Below, in pieces: positions 12,101 through 26,219 of a stretch of DNA of 62,000 bases. The notes beneath the pieces were generated by a model. It was not told the origin of the DNA, searched no databases, and saw only the letters and a program-made list of their open reading frames with translations. This DNA comes from Lama guanicoe (lineage: Eukaryota), in contig MU053934.1 in assembly GCA_013239625.1 (NCBI GenBank), forward strand, positions 11,199,003 through 11,261,002, written 5' to 3'. The stretch's first letter is position 1; each line of letters begins with the position of its first letter. Position numbers and translations under genes: made by a program.

Positions 12101-12924
12101 GGCCAGCTGCCCTGGGCTGTGGCTTCTCCAGGTGGGTGGACCCCTGCAGGGAAAACCCGCAGACGCCGGGCGGCGGTGGGGGGTGCTGGGAAGAGACGCT
12201 GCCTGGCCCTGCAGGGCCCTTCTCAGAGGCCACTTTTCCAGGGTCACTGGGGCCGAAATCGCATGCCGTGTAATGAAGCGACGAGGTCACCAGCCTCTCC
12301 GTTCCTGGGTCCCCCACGTCCAGCGAGGCACTTGCACTGCTGGCGTCCAGAGTGGCCCAGCTCAGGCCATCCGGGCAGCCCCCCCGCGACGCAGAGAAGC
12401 GAGGGTGCGGACTTACCTGGGGACCCCATGCGGCCTCAGACGCCTCCATTCTTTTCATGAATCCCAGACTCAATGCCCTTTCCTTCAGTTCTAGCCGCTG
12501 TGGCCTGGGTGGTGGGGCCGCCCCAGGAGAGGGGCCAGCTGCCCTGGGCTGTGGCTTCTCCAGGTGGGTGGACCCCTGCCGGGAAAACCCGCAGACGCCG
12601 GGCGGCGGTGGGGGGTGCTGGGAAGAGACGCTGCCTGGCCCTGCAGGGCCCTTCTCAGAGGCCACTTTTCCAGGGTCACTGGGGCTGAAATCGCATGCCG
12701 TGTAATGAAGCGACGAGGTCACCCGCCTGTCCGTTCCTGGGTCCCCCACGTCCAGCGAGGCACTTGCACTGCTGGCGTCCAGAGTGGCCCAGCTCAGGCC
12801 ATCTGGGCAGCCCCCCCGCGATGCAGAGAAGCGAGGGCGCGGACTTACCTGGGGACCCCATGCGGCCTCAGACGCCTCCATTCTTTTCATGAATCCCAGA
12901 CTCAATGCCCTTTCCTTCAGTTCT
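12064..12924. repeat. Direct tandem duplication, period 432 bp (12064-12492 and 12496-12924)
   Basis: Two 429-bp copies separated by agc, with 8 substitutions counted by eye and no indels. Confidence 0.97.
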
Positions 12925-13839
12925 CTCTCGGGTTGCTGTGTTCAGTAATCTCATCTTGGCCAAGCGCTCCTTCTGCGCGGACGGCATCTTCGAGAACGTA
13001 GTCACTGTGCTGCCGTAAACACGCGGCCTCGGTTCCCGCTTCCCTTTGACGTGGACGAACTTTGTGGCCTCGGTGTGCGGGTCGCTCTGTGTTTTTCGTC
13101 GCCAATAATAACAGCAGGCATTTGTTAAAGCCGGCCCGGTGGCGCCGGGCCTGCCTGGAGACTGGCGCTCGGGTGTGTGGCCGGGACTCACGGGCACCCT
13201 GGAGAGCGCCTCCCGCAGGGAAACGGGCCCCGGGCTGAGCGTCGTGCCCGAGGACCCTGGGCCAGGGAGACCAGGCCGGCAGTCCGGGCCCGGGGGCCGC
13301 AGCCCTTCCTGCTGCCGGGGGGCCCGGGACGGTTCCCCAGGTCTCTGTGCCTTTCTGGCCGGAGGTGCTGGATCCGGGCCCTTGGAGGCTGCTCCCTGTG
13401 TGAAGGCAGCTCCACGTCTGGTCGGGGCCGTCCCGGCTCTGGCTTAGGGGCAAGGTCTCAGGCAGATTGTTCAGCCCCCGTGGTCACACTTGCTTGTCGC
13501 CCACACGGGGCTGTGGGCGGCTCCTCTCCACGCTGTGAGGATGGAGAGTCCTGGCGTCCCTGCAGGGGCCATGCTGGGGGGGTCCCCTCCCCGCCTCGTC
13601 TTGGCCCCAGGCTCGAGGCCCTTCTTGGGAAGGCCGTGCTTCAAGCCTAGGGACCGGTGGCCGGCCAGGAGTGCAGCCCTGCCGGGCTGCGGGGCGCGGG
13701 GGCCGGTGGTGCCCGTGGCCCTGGGAGGCCCGAGCTCGCAGCTGCAGTGTGTCCCCGGCTCAGCCCTGCTCAGCAGGTTGCTTGAGTGTCCCTCCCAATG
13801 CCGTGTTCACAGCTGGGCTTCCAGGGCTCTCGGGCACGA

Positions 13840-14243
13840 GGCAGGTTTCCCGGGGCCTCTGTGACAAAGTACTGTGAGCAGGGTGGCTCCAAACAGCAGA
13901 CGGGTCTTGTCTCACAGCCTGGAGACCAGAAGCCTGGGAGGCAGATGGGCTTCCTCCTGGGAAGAGCACGTTCCCTCCCAGCTTCCGGGGGCTCCCTGGC
14001 CTGGGGCTGCATCCCCCAGGGTCTGCCCCGTCCTCACAGGGAGCTCTCTGTCCCCATGTCTCCCCTTCTTAAAAGGGCCCCGATCTTACTGGGTCCAGGG
14101 CCCACCCTCCTTCAGTGTGACCTCGTCCTCACCAGTCCCATCTGCAGCAGCTCGGATTCCAAATGAGGAAGTGTGGACACGAGGGTTCCGAGGGTTAGGA
14201 CTTGAGCATCTCTCTTTAGGGGACACAGCTGAACCCCTAAAGA
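13840..14243 (-). mobile_element. MLT1 (MLT1B/C-like) solo LTR
   Basis: gtgacaaagtac…gggtggctccaaacagcag…gtctcacagcctggagaccagaag…agggcccaccctccttcagtgtgacctcgtcct…ttccaaatgagg…gggttaggacttgagcatct…gggggacacag follows the reverse MLT1 consensus. Confidence 0.85.
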
Positions 14244-17200
14244 CAGGCTGGCCTGTCTGGGCCCCGGTCTGCGCACCCAGCGCCGCCCTTCCTGGCTGCT
14301 GGGAGGTGTTACGGAGCCCGAGGGAGGCGTGCGTTAGATGGAAGGTGGCATCTGTCCAAACAAGGTGACCTGCCTGGTGGTTAACGCAAACCCCGTGTGC
14401 CCGGGGAACGGTGACTGGGCCACCCAGAGTGTGGGGCGCCCCGGCGTGCAGACCGGGGGTGCAGCTGGCTCCCAGCACCGCACTGCCAGGGCCTCTGCAG
14501 GACCCTGGCCTCAGGGGGAGGGGAGGGTGGTCCTGGGTGGGTCTGTGATGGCTCTGGGGCAGGACAGGGAGGCAAGCGGGAGGCCGGCCCGGCGGCCACA
14601 GGCTGAGCCCTGGCCAGTCTCGGGTGAGCGGGGCATGTGCTCAGGAGCCCAGAGCAGGGCGAGCAGGGGCGCTGCCTCCCGCCCAGGCCCAGCCCAGGCC
14701 TGGCACCTGGCGCCCGCCATGTCTGATCTTTCCAGGAACACAGCACGGTCACGTCTACCTGTTTTTAATTCCTCCTTTGGCCCCACTGAACGTCAGGACG
14801 CTGAATGGCATTAACTTTTCCTGCTAAACTCCCATCAGCTGAGACACTCACCCTCCCCAGGGCGGGAGGTCGGGCCCCAGTCATTTTTGGCAATAACATT
14901 TGTGGAACTTATAGAGAAAATGTTCATAAAAGGATCATAAAATTTAATCCTGGCTGAGACGCCGGCCCGAGTGGAGGGGAGGTGACCTTTCCCGTTATCC
15001 TGGAGGAAGTGTCGCCCAGGAGAGCGGGCAGTGGGGTCTCGCGTCCGAGGAGCGTCCCCCCCGCCAGGCGAGTCCTGAGCCGAGGCCGCCCTCCTGAGGG
15101 AGCCGCCCAGCGCGGCCCCTGTGGCTGAGGGCCGTCCGGAGGGAGGGCAGAGTCTCCCCTACAAGGGGGCCATCGGGCACTGCGCGTGCGGCCTGCCCGC
15201 CTCTGTCCTGCCCATCTTGGGCCTGCTGACTTCTTGCTTTCCTGGGGCGACTGTGGCCCCGTCTGGGCAGAGGCCCTGGCCCCCTCCAGCTGGCGTGCCC
15301 TGGCCAAGGAGATGCATCTCCCTGCCCCCGGGAGAGGCTGGAGTTGCTCCCAGGACTCAGGGAAAGGGGGCTGAGTGTCCCACCGGGCGGGAGCCGGTCA
15401 GGACAGGACCTGACACTTGTGGGGCGCCAGGCTCTGGCCAGGCTTGGCCTCGGGGTGCAGGGACGCCCTGCCCAGGGGGCCCGCGCCAGGGGGTGTCCAA
15501 CGGCCGCGTGGCCAGCCCAGCCTGCAGTGCAGGCCCAGCCCGCTCTGGGGGTCGGCACAGAGGGTTCTGAGACCATGCACTCCCAAGGCCCCTGCACCGT
15601 CAGACCCGCGTGCCTGGCACGCAGTGGTCCCGTCTGCCAGGCCCGGGGGCCAGGTGGCGGAAATGGAGGAAGTTGGGGGAGCTGGGGGAGTCCCCTGCAG
15701 GAGGAGCTTTCGGTGGGTCCCAAGGCTTCACTGACATCTCCACGTCCCCAGGTTTCCCCGGAACTCCCGACCCTGGACCCAACAGTCACCTCTACGCTTC
15801 TCCCTGGGGGACCAGTGGGGGACCCTACCTCGCAGATGGGGTCCCCTCACGGCTGTGGATCTGGGGGCGCCCTCCCCCGAGCTCCCCGCCCACTTCTCTG
15901 GAGGACGGTGGCGCAGAGTGCGTGGGGGCTGGTGTCCCGGGGACAGTTCCAGCTGCCGCCTTCACTCCACGGCCAGCCCTGGGTTTGCAGGAATCCATCA
16001 GACTGTCAGTCGAGGTGACATCTGACGAGGCAGGATTTTATTGAAACATGCAGACCTCTGCACTGAATGCTGATGTGGGCTTTGTACGGGGAGCAGCGCC
16101 CAGGCTGGGGGTGCACGCTGGGTGTTAATTGTGTTAACAACGCGCCGGACCCCCCTGGGCTGCGGGACCAGGTGCCAGCTGTGCTTCGTGGCTGCCTTTC
16201 CACCCTTTTTAGAGCAAGCCCAGCGTGGAGGACGTGCCGCATCCCCTGAGCCCCTCGCTCAAAGGCCCGCTCTGGGTCGTTTGGGCCTTGTGCGGGTGAG
16301 AAGGCCCGGGGTCCGGCCACCCGCTGGGCGTTGCAGGGAGCCGCTTGTCCAGGGCCCTGGGCTCCTCACCTTCACAGCAGTCGGGGCAGCATTGAGCAGC
16401 CCAGACCGGGCAAGTCGGGGCCTAGTGGGAATCTGGGTCTGGGGGTCGTCAGGAGGAGGTCGAGCACAAGGCTGACATCCCGAACCTCCCCTGGTCCCTA
16501 GAGGGTCAGATGGGGGAGGGGAGCGAAATGAAGGTTAGGACTTACTTCTCAGTCGGGCAGCCGCCTCCCCCAGTGTGACCGTCTCCTCCGAGTGGGAGCC
16601 GCCGGCCCAGCCCCGCAGGTCCGTCCGCAGGAAGTGGTGACTCAGCCATCTCCAAACCCCTTCCCAGACATTCAGGTGCCAAGGGTTTCAAGTCCTAAGG
16701 AGCTGCTACGTTTTTAGGATGTGGCACCCTCTCTCTCTCTCCACCCTCACCCCAACCTTTCCATCTGCCCCCTGAAGCCCACCCCGTAACCACAGCAGCC
16801 TCAGGGCTGGTTCCAGAATTCTCGGCAGGGACAAGGTCCCTGAACCCCCACTCCGGCCCACTGTGCGCAAGCACCTCTGTCACCCTGTCTCAGGGGCTAA
16901 ACCTTCCCCTTAACTCACTCACTATGGTTTATTGTCACTGGCGTCATGTGGCGCCTTGACAAGCATGGAATCCCCAAGGGGACAGTGACCCTGTGTCCCT
17001 GACCCCCAGGGGGCAGCCCAGGACCCAGTGCACAGTGCACAGCACACGCTCAGCGCATGTTTGTGGAGTCAAGTGCTCGCTCAGCCCGACTCCCATTCTT
17101 GTGGAACCCGGTTGGGCATCTCTGAGGTCCCGGTGCTGATGCTGGGAGTGGGCAGGGTTCGATCTCCCCTGCACACCCCCCCCAGGAGTCCCGAGTCTCC

Positions 17201-20200
17201 CGCAGGGAGACCCAGGGTCTACACCCAGAACTAACCCAGGACCGGGATGAGGTGGGCTCCTGGGAACGTGGGCCGCCCGCAGACACTGTCCTTGAGGCCT
17301 GTCTCTGTTACAGGCGCTTTGTCCCAGGAGGCCACCCTGAGTCCTGCAGGGCCGAGGCCCTCAGTGTTGACTGGGTGGGTGGCTCTGGGCCTTGGGCCCA
17401 TGGCAGGTCCTACCCGAGGGGGCCCTAGGAAGCCATTCCTGAGGCTCCTGGAAGCCGGGTCAGCGTAGGGGGTGAGGGCGAAGCCGGCACCGTGCTGGGG
17501 CACCAGAGCTCGGGGCTGGGCCCTCCTTTAGTCCCTAGAATGGCCAGGTGAGCACCTGGAGGAGCCAGGGCTGCGGGTGTAGCTGGCACGGGAGGATGGC
17601 TGGCCTGGCTGGGCCAGGCGCGCCCATCCCCCTCCCAGCCCTGGGGCGGGTGGGCGGGGCTCACTCCTGCCCCTCCCCTCTCTGTCCCCAGGGCTGCCTC
17701 TGCGCCTGTGTTCTCACCACCAACACCTCACAGGTTGGACGGCCCCCACTGCCCAGCACGGGAAGCTTTCTCTCCTCCTCTGCGCGCACCTGTCCCAGGT
17801 GATGGGGCCTCAAGCCAGGCGCACCATCACGCAGTCCATGGTTCACTCACAGATGTGTGTCTGGCCCGTGGATGGACAGCCCTTTGAGACCCCTCAGTGC
17901 CCACTGCATGCCGTCTGCCCCCGCTGAGCTCCCAGGAGGAAGAGGCACCTGCGGATGGGGTCCTCCGTCTTCCCGACGCTGCCTGCCTGGGGCGTCAGCG
18001 GTGTGCGAGGGTCCGCAGCGTGTGGGGCGTCCTGCAGGCACGGTGTGGGGGGACCCTCGTGGTGTCTCGTTCCAGTTCCCGAGGCCCATCTGTGGCCGCC
18101 CAGGGCTGTGCCCGCCACCCGGCGAGCAGCACGTGCGTCCTGCAAGCGGAGGCTTCTCTGGTTCTGGAAAGACCAGGCGGTGGTGCTGGTGTCGGGCTGC
18201 TTGGTGCCAGAGCCCTGGGACCCTGGAGGCCCCCTGAAGCCCCCGGCCTGGTGGGGGAGGGGCGGGCCGCGGGCTGCGAGCTGTTCCCACCCGCTGCCTT
18301 CACTCAGCCCCACGAGGGCTCAAGCAGCTAGCTGGCCAGGCTCAGTCTTTGCCTTGCTTCAGAAGAGTTGTTTTTCCAGACTCTGTCCAAGTCGGTTTCA
18401 ATCCACCAAAAGAAGAGCTAAGTTTGATAAATAAAAGAAGATTAAAAATGGTAGAGAAAAAGTGCGTTCCCCCAGCTCCCAGGAGAGGACTGCCAAAACT
18501 GAAGTGTAGGAACAAAAATAGAAACAATCAGAGCGTCTGATGGCATCTCTGTCTTCAAACGAAACGGCAGCGCCGTCCGCCAGCCCAGCCGCTCGCGGCC
18601 TGGACGCCGCCTCACCTCCCGCGCTCGGTGTGAGCTGAGGGCGACCCTCCTTCCTCCGCTTGGTGGGATAGGCAGGGGGGCCTCCTCTGGAGGCCCCCCG
18701 CGCTCTGGATTCCTGGGCCGTTAGCAGGGATGTTGGGCCCTGAGGTTTGGACCCGTCAGGGGAGCTCCTGGGTCTGGGGTCCCCCGTGCCCCAGCCCTTT
18801 CCCTGGTGACCCGTGCCTGTGCCTAAGATACAACTGGGACGTTCCAGGCCCTAAGGTGTCAGACTGCGCAGGAGCTGCGTGGCGAGGGCTGGAGAGGACC
18901 CTGGACTCGGCGCTGGTCGCTGGGCTGCACCCAGGTGGCCAGGAGACGGCACTTAAGTAATCACAGTGGAGGTGACGGCACCTTTCCTCTGGAGGCTCAG
19001 TGTCACCTGCCAGTCCTGTCTGCCACGTCGCACATATCACCTCCCTTAATCCTCACAATCCCGTCTAAGCAGGGGGCTCAGAGTGGAGTCCTGGGCCAGC
19101 GTCCTCGGCCGCGCCCGGGAGCCGGTCAGAAACGCAGATTGCGGGCCCGTTCCTGGCACCCTGAATCAGGCGCTGCCAGGCGGCCCGCCCCCCCATCTGT
19201 CTCCTCTCCAGAGGGGTGATGCTCGAGCAAGTTTGAAAACTTCTGCTTGAAGCACACAGTGCGTCCTCCACCCCGTTTTAGGGAAAAATTGAGAACGCTG
19301 ACGGTAACTAATTTGCCCGACATTTGGTTTCTCATCAGTGTCAGAAACAGGACCAAGAAAAGGTGGCGCCGGCCCAGACCCCAGCCCGGCGCCCCTCCCC
19401 CTGCCAGGTCCACACCGGCCGCCCTTCCTTCCGGATCCTCCTGGGTCCTAGGACAGGCAGTTGGGGACCATGAAGTCCCCAACCCTGGGCGACCTGGCCG
19501 CTGGGGGAGGCACCAGCGGTGGCCACCGCAGGTTTCCCTGCACCTGCTGGGGCCAGCGCCCCAGGACGTGCCCTTTCTCATAAGTAAAACGTAATGAGGA
19601 AGATGTTGGGGATTTTGGCAAAGTCTCCGGAGATGATTCGCGATGCCACGCGCTTCCCACTCTCCCTGCCCCCCGCCACCCCCAGCCCCCACTGCAAACG
19701 GGGGGTTGATCGTGACAGGCCCCTTCTCAGGTTCTCAGCCAGCCTGCGTCTGACGCTCAGGGTCTGCTCCGTCGGCTGCTGCCCCCGCGGTGCTGCGTGA
19801 CAAAGCGGACACTCCAGGCTCGGTGGGCGCAGGGCTCTCTGGGTCAGTGGGGGCGGCTTGGGCTGTTGGGCTGGGTCCGTGGCAGCAGGGGCAGGGCTAG
19901 ATCGGACCCGGTCCAGGCTTCAGGGCAGGGCTGTGGGTCCCCGGGGCTGGGCTGGTGTCAGGAGGCTGGGCCTAGGCTGAGGGGTGGGCTCTGGGCTGTT
20001 CCTGTTGTGAGGCACTGAGGGTGCCAGCTCGGACCCCCGCACCAGGCCCCGCCACTCTGCCCCGCCAGCACCACGTCCCACTGGCTCCCGCGGGCCGCGT
20101 GGCGGGCACGGGGGCAGCGTCGGGGGGCGGCGTTTACTCCGCTGTCCTCAGCCCCGGCCCCCCCACCCACATCCCTGTGAGGCTGTCATACAGCAGGCGC

Positions 20201-23200
20201 TTAATGCATGCCTGGCCCCCCACTGGCCGGGGTCTGTTGTTTCCACTGAATTCGTCGCCTCCCCAGGAAGGAGGTTCTCTGACGCTGTCACACCCACGCT
20301 GAGGCTTTTGGCCAAAGAGACCTTCCTGACAGACTCAAATTGACCAAAAGACGTTCTCAGATGTAAAGTGTGCATCACTGGCAAGAAGTGCCCTTGTCCG
20401 TCTCGTCGTGAATTGGCTCTGGAGTGGAAACACGAAGAGAAAGTCACACGGCCCCCCTTCCCGCCTGGCCCGCGTCTGACTCACGGCCCGTTCCTCCGCG
20501 TCTGCTGCGAGCAGCCGTCCACCAGAGGTGAGGGCGAGTTGCCTGCGGTGTGTGGGGGTCCTGCCCTTGCAGCCGGGCCCGGTGCCGAAACCCACACGCC
20601 AGCCTGTCGGCACCGCGTGGCCCGTCAGTGGTGCCTGGAACAGTGTGAGCCCCGGGTGGCCGTGTTCCTCTGCGTCCTGGAGCTGCAGGTGGATTCCTAG
20701 TTCCAAAGCCGTGCTAATCCTGAACGTCGGTGCTGCAAATGACTCTGCACGCGTGTTAGACGGGGGCCCTCCTTTGAACTGAGATCTTATTCATCGGATT
20801 CGTGCAGTGGCATTTGGAGAAAGGGACCCATGGCCACACCATGCAGACTACAGGAACTCAACCACCGTGGTGCCACCGAGGGCTCAGGCCAGCTCTGGTC
20901 TGGTCTGTCCACTCTTCCAGAGGTGACGACCCCAGGCCAGGCGTTCCTGGGGGAAAGGGGACGTGCAGGAGCAGGGCCAGGCCACGGGCAGCTCTGGGAC
21001 CAATGTTTCGGGTTGGGATCCGTCTCTGGCCCTCACTGCCTGTGTGGCCTTGGCAGTGGACAAGCCACAGGCCCCCTGTGCGAGTGGAGAGCAGCCCCAG
21101 CCCCCACTAGGTGGGGACTGAGCATCACCTGGGACTGACACGGGCCAGCCTCCCGGGCCCTCAGCTGGGCGCTCCTGCCCGCTCTCTGCACCAGGCGCCG
21201 GTGCAGGCGATTCATGTGCAGTGACTCACTCACGGCTGCACCCCCGTGAGGTGCTGTCGTGGCCCCCTTTCTCCCAAGGAGGAACGGAGCCACTGAGCAT
21301 TTAAATACCCTGAGCATGTGGCCCACTGGTTCCAGAAGCCGGGCTTGGGTGCCAGCGCTGGTGGGTGCCCCCTGGGTGCGCTGCCGTGGCCACACTGCTG
21401 CTGGGACAGGGGCTTCTCTGCCTGCCTGTCGTGGCCTCACGCACAGCCCACAGGAACCACGTGCTCGGGGTTACCTGCCAGCCTTGAATCCTCTCGTGAA
21501 CCCCTCAGGGGCCTCCCCGAGCCAGGCTGCACCCTGGGGCCAGCACAGGACCTGGCTCTGAGTGAGGGCTCCACCAGCCTGCGGGCAGCGAAAGATGCGG
21601 GCGCTTCCTGCTGTCAGAAGTGGATGTTTCTCCCGGGCTCTCCCACAGGCCAAGTCCCAGGAGGGTGAGGCGCCCCCCACCCAGAGAACTGTTGAAACGA
21701 AGGTCCTGAAATGGCCCTTGAAAGGAGAATGATCTCAGCCCAGGAGGTCCTCCCCGAGCGTCAGTCTCCACCTGAGTGGGCCCCAGGGCCCGCGGGGGCA
21801 CAGAGCACACGGGACAGGACCCCAGAAAACTCACACTGCATCTCACTGGCCTGGGGGCCCCCGAATCACGACTTCAGACTTTCTAGTTCCGGTTGTCAGA
21901 AGAGCTAGCCTGGGCGTGCCCAGGCAGCTGGAGCAGAAGCCTCTGCGGGCTGACCCGACCCAATCACAGCCAGTGACCGCGGGGCCGGAGCAGCCTCGAC
22001 AGGTTTCTGGGTTGGCCAGTGACCTGCCTGCGTGTGCTGAATGGGTGGATGCCAGGCCGTGTCAGAAGGAGGGCACGACTGGTACGACTTTCTATAGCGG
22101 GACACACGCAGAGACACACCACCAGGCGATGGCGGGAGAGGAAGTTGCAGATGAGAGGGTGCGGTGAGGTGGCGACAGCTTCCAGGGATTCCACACGTCT
22201 GTCTTACAGCCAGTGGTCACCTCGTCTCAGATGCGCGGCAGGCTCTCTGGAGGAGTGTCCTGGCATCTTCTGGGCCTGGCAGGGGGGGATCAGTGGTGTC
22301 TGTCACGGGTGCAGGTCGGGGGAGTCACCAGAGGAGCCTCTGCCTCCTCAGGGCAGCAGACAGGTGGGTCCAGGACCCTGGACTGCTCCCGGGAGGCCGC
22401 TAAGGTGCTCAAGGCTGCCTGGCACCTCGGTGAGGGGGCTTTGATCTCGGAGAGCTGGGAGCAGTCCTGTGGCCCTGCCGGGCGGAGGGCTCAGTCCTGG
22501 TCATCCGGCCTCATCCCTTGTCCTGGGTCAAAGTCCTGGAAAGGCTGGGTGTTCATGCAGAAAACCTCTGTTGTTGAAAATAGTCCCAAAGTCCTAGCCG
22601 GTGTTCCTGCCTCGGGCCTTTGTGAGGAGGGCCGGCGTGCATGGCTGGGACACTGTCCCCTGTGGCCACCGGGCTGCTCTGGGTCCCCTGTATGGCATCA
22701 TTCCAAGTCCTCCACGCCCTGAGGTGCAGGGGTCTCAGCGAGCAGGGGTGCTGCCCCTTCCAGTGCAGACACCGTCATCCGCCACTGGCCTCAGGGCCTC
22801 CCTGTGGAAGGACGGCCTGTCCCGTCCCCTGTCACCTCCCAGGACAGGGGACAGCCCAAGGCAGGGCTTCCCAGAACGGAGGAGGAGCTGAAGTCCCGCC
22901 CAGAGGTGGGGCTGGTGGCAGCAGGCTCGCAGGGCTTTTGAGCTCGCGCTGTGCAGACGAGCCCATCAGGAATTCTGCTCCAGAACTCGCTGATATTTGA
23001 CGTAAAGTTCAGCTCTAAATATAGACCCATGGGGCCACGTCACAGCATGTTGTCTTTGAGGTGTGTGTGTGTGATCACGTGCGCAGTGTCGTAGTGGGCG
23101 GGCGGTGTTTTTGCATCTTTCCTAAGTCCTGCGGTGTTTTACAAGAAGGGAGACACGTGGGACAGAGACCCCAGGGTCAAGGCCTCCTGCCTTCCCACCT

Positions 23201-26200
23201 TCCTGCAGAGCCAGGCTGCCGCCTCGCCCGCTGCTCAGGCCGGAGCCACCGCGCCCCAGCCGTCCCACGGCTGCTGCTCAGGGGGAGGCTGTCGGCAGCG
23301 GAGTTGCAAGGTTAGGGGCTTCTGGGCCAGAGGAGGAAATCAGAGTGGACAGTGGACAATGTGATTAAGAGCCTGAGGCCCCTGTGGGAAGGGGGCACCA
23401 CTCAGGGAAACTTCCGAGTGGCCTTTCATTTAGTAAGCAAAGCCCTTTGGCTGTTCAGCCGAAGGCTGACCAGGGTCAGTGATGACGGGGGGCTTCTCGT
23501 GGCCAAAGCCCTCGTGGGGTCTGTCTGGGGCTGCGTGCCAACACGGCCAGCTCTGATCCTCCGAGGGTCCCCGAGTGGTGACCCGCCTTCCCCTCCTCCA
23601 TCAGAAGGAGCCTCCGGGTCCGGGCCTTACCCAAGGAGGAAGCTGCACTGCCCAGGCACCTGGCCTGTGCTCTCTGCCCAACTGAGATGGGTCTTGGCTG
23701 GGCGGGGGGTGCCCAGACCCATTCAGACTGCCCTCTGAGTTCCAGCAGCTGAGAACCAGGTGCCCCTGGTGTCCTGGTGGGCTGGGGCAGACCATGGGTC
23801 GGGGGTACCGACTGCCCTGCGGGCTAAGCCCAGGCTGGGTCAGCCTCGGACCTCAGGGCCATCTTGGGGTACAGGACAGTCCACCTGGGACACTGAGTGG
23901 CACTACCCAGCATGGCAGGGGCTGGGGTATGACTTGGGCCCCGTGGGTGGGAGGCGGTGGGCAGAGAGCTTCAGGCAGGGTGTCAGGAACGGGGCCTGCC
24001 TGTCCCTTCTGTCCCGTGGCCTTGAGCAGAGTTCTCATCTTTGGGAGCCCAATGCTTTAATGTGTGAGCTCTCGGGGGCCATAACGCCAGCTCCAAGAGG
24101 CGTGTGCAGGTTGAGTGAGTTGGTGAGGTTCAGTCTCGGGGGCAGGGAGAGAGGTCTGTGGGTGCAAGCTTCCAGTGTGGTCTTCCCTGGCTGTCTCCAC
24201 CCAGGGCTGGGATGAGCCAGGACCCCTTGTCTGGGAGGGAGATGTCTGAAAGGTGGGCACATGCAGGCTAGCCGGTCTCAGGGCCCTGTGACCCTGGCCC
24301 CTCAGAAATCTGGGTCCTCCCTGCCCACCTCCCCACAAAGGCTGGACTTTGTGAGCCTCTCACCTCCACATCTGGCATGGGGGGACCTCTCCGTCCTGGG
24401 TCTCAGTGCCCCCTCCATCACCCCAGGTCAGGGCAAGGCTTGGACACCCCCTCGGCTCCGGTTGGGCACACAGGGCGGCTCCTTGGCCCTGCGGGGGGTA
24501 CAGTGCCCAGCTTCCACCCCTGGGAAGGCTCCGTGGGGCTGAGGCATCACCACGGTGGCAGGGGTCCCAGATCCCCCACCCCAGGGGCCCCCCATTACAC
24601 CAGGCTCCCAAAGAGCTCAGGACCCTGGGCTCTGGCTGGGTGCTCGGTCTGGGGGAGGGCACTGGGACCTGCTGTTCCCCATCCAGCGGCCCCCCTCCAC
24701 CAGAGAGAGCTGCGTGCCACCCTGTCCCCATTCAGCTTTGTTCGCAAGCACAGGCCGTGGTCTGGGGGAGGCAGGAGGGACAGATGCATTCAGCTCTGGA
24801 ACAGAACCATCTGTGGGGCCAGAGCTGCCACAGGAGAGCAGGGGCACACGAGCGCAAGCCAGGGGCTGCGGGGGACCGCACCTCCGCGGAGGTGACAGCT
24901 GGGCTGGGTGTGGAGAAAGGGGTGCCCTGCAGGGGGGTTAAAATATATAAATCAGATCGCGTGGTTTTCCGTTGAGTTGTGTTGATGTAATTGAGTTGAT
25001 CTGAAAGTAAATGCGCTCCCCTCGGCCTCCGACACAAGGAAGCTGGCGTGGGGCCGCCCCTGCCCAGGGCACCTCCACGGACAAGCCTCCCGAGGGTCTT
25101 CCTGACTCTGCATCTGGCGTGACCGCAGCCCTAACGTCTCGGAGTCTCTGTCCCAGCCCGGCTGGCTGGACCGGGGCGCGGAACCCTTCTGCTGGCAGCT
25201 GGTCTGTGCAAGGCCTCGCCCTGTGACCTGGGTGGCTTCGTTCCTGAGACGCCTACTCACACCGGGCACCTTCCCGGGCGCTGGGCCTCAGCCCAGTCCT
25301 CACCCTGCGTGGGACGCTGAGTGACGGGCAGAGTGGGACATGCCCTCAGGGGGGTCTCCTGTAGATTAGCTCGGCTTCCTTGATGCATTGATTTTGTCAA
25401 GGGTCTGTTTATCACACTGACAACTGGAAAAACCTTAAGTAAATATTTACCATGCAGAGTGGGGTCTGCCCAGGCTCCTGAGGGAAGTGGAGACGCAGCC
25501 ACGCCGGGCTGCCCGGGCTCGGCTCTGGGGGGAGGCCGGAACTGGGGTCCCGGAGGCTGGCGCCCAAGGGCAGCGCCCCCGCCTGGGGCTCCACGGTGCT
25601 GACCGAGGGGAAGGCTGCGCCCCTGCGGGGGCTGCCTCCCATGTCTCTTTCACTCGTGCCCGCATCCACTCAGCATCCCCGAGAACCTGCAGTCTGCCCG
25701 GCCCTGTGCTGAGCTGGGAGGGGAGCGAGAGCCACCGCAGGTGGGGGCTGCCAGGCCGCAGATGTGCCCGGAAGTGACCACAGACAGGCAGGCAGGGAGA
25801 GGAGGCCCCGAGGGGGACCAGGCTGACCACAGGGTGTCCTCTGCTCAGGCTCCCTCGATCAGAGGGCCTCTCACGGTCCCAGAACCTGGCCGAGAACTTG
25901 GCGCCTCGCTGGTTTCCTTCCCTGCCGGGTGGGGAAGGTGGCCTTTGTCCTGGCCACCGTCCTCCGAGCAGGAGCATCAGGGCAGATGGGGAGACTCCCC
26001 TGACGTGGGGAAGGGGTGCTGTCCCCTTGTCTGGCGCCCTGCTCCCAGGGTCCGTCTTCATCCTCAGCTCAGCGGTACCCGGGGGCATGGTGGGGAGCGC
26101 GTGCCCGTGGGCTGTCTGAAGAATTAGGGAGAGGCACATCGTCCCCAGCCAGCCGCACCTCGGGGAAGGCGCCCAGAGTGTGCGCTGCGGCTTTGAAGGC

Positions 26201-26219
26201 GCAGAAGTTTGACAGGCTA

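Noticed and set aside
11955..12905. 316-aa ORF with an internal 144-aa repeat
   Set aside because: Simply reflects the 432-bp duplication, whose length is a multiple of 3; no coding signature.
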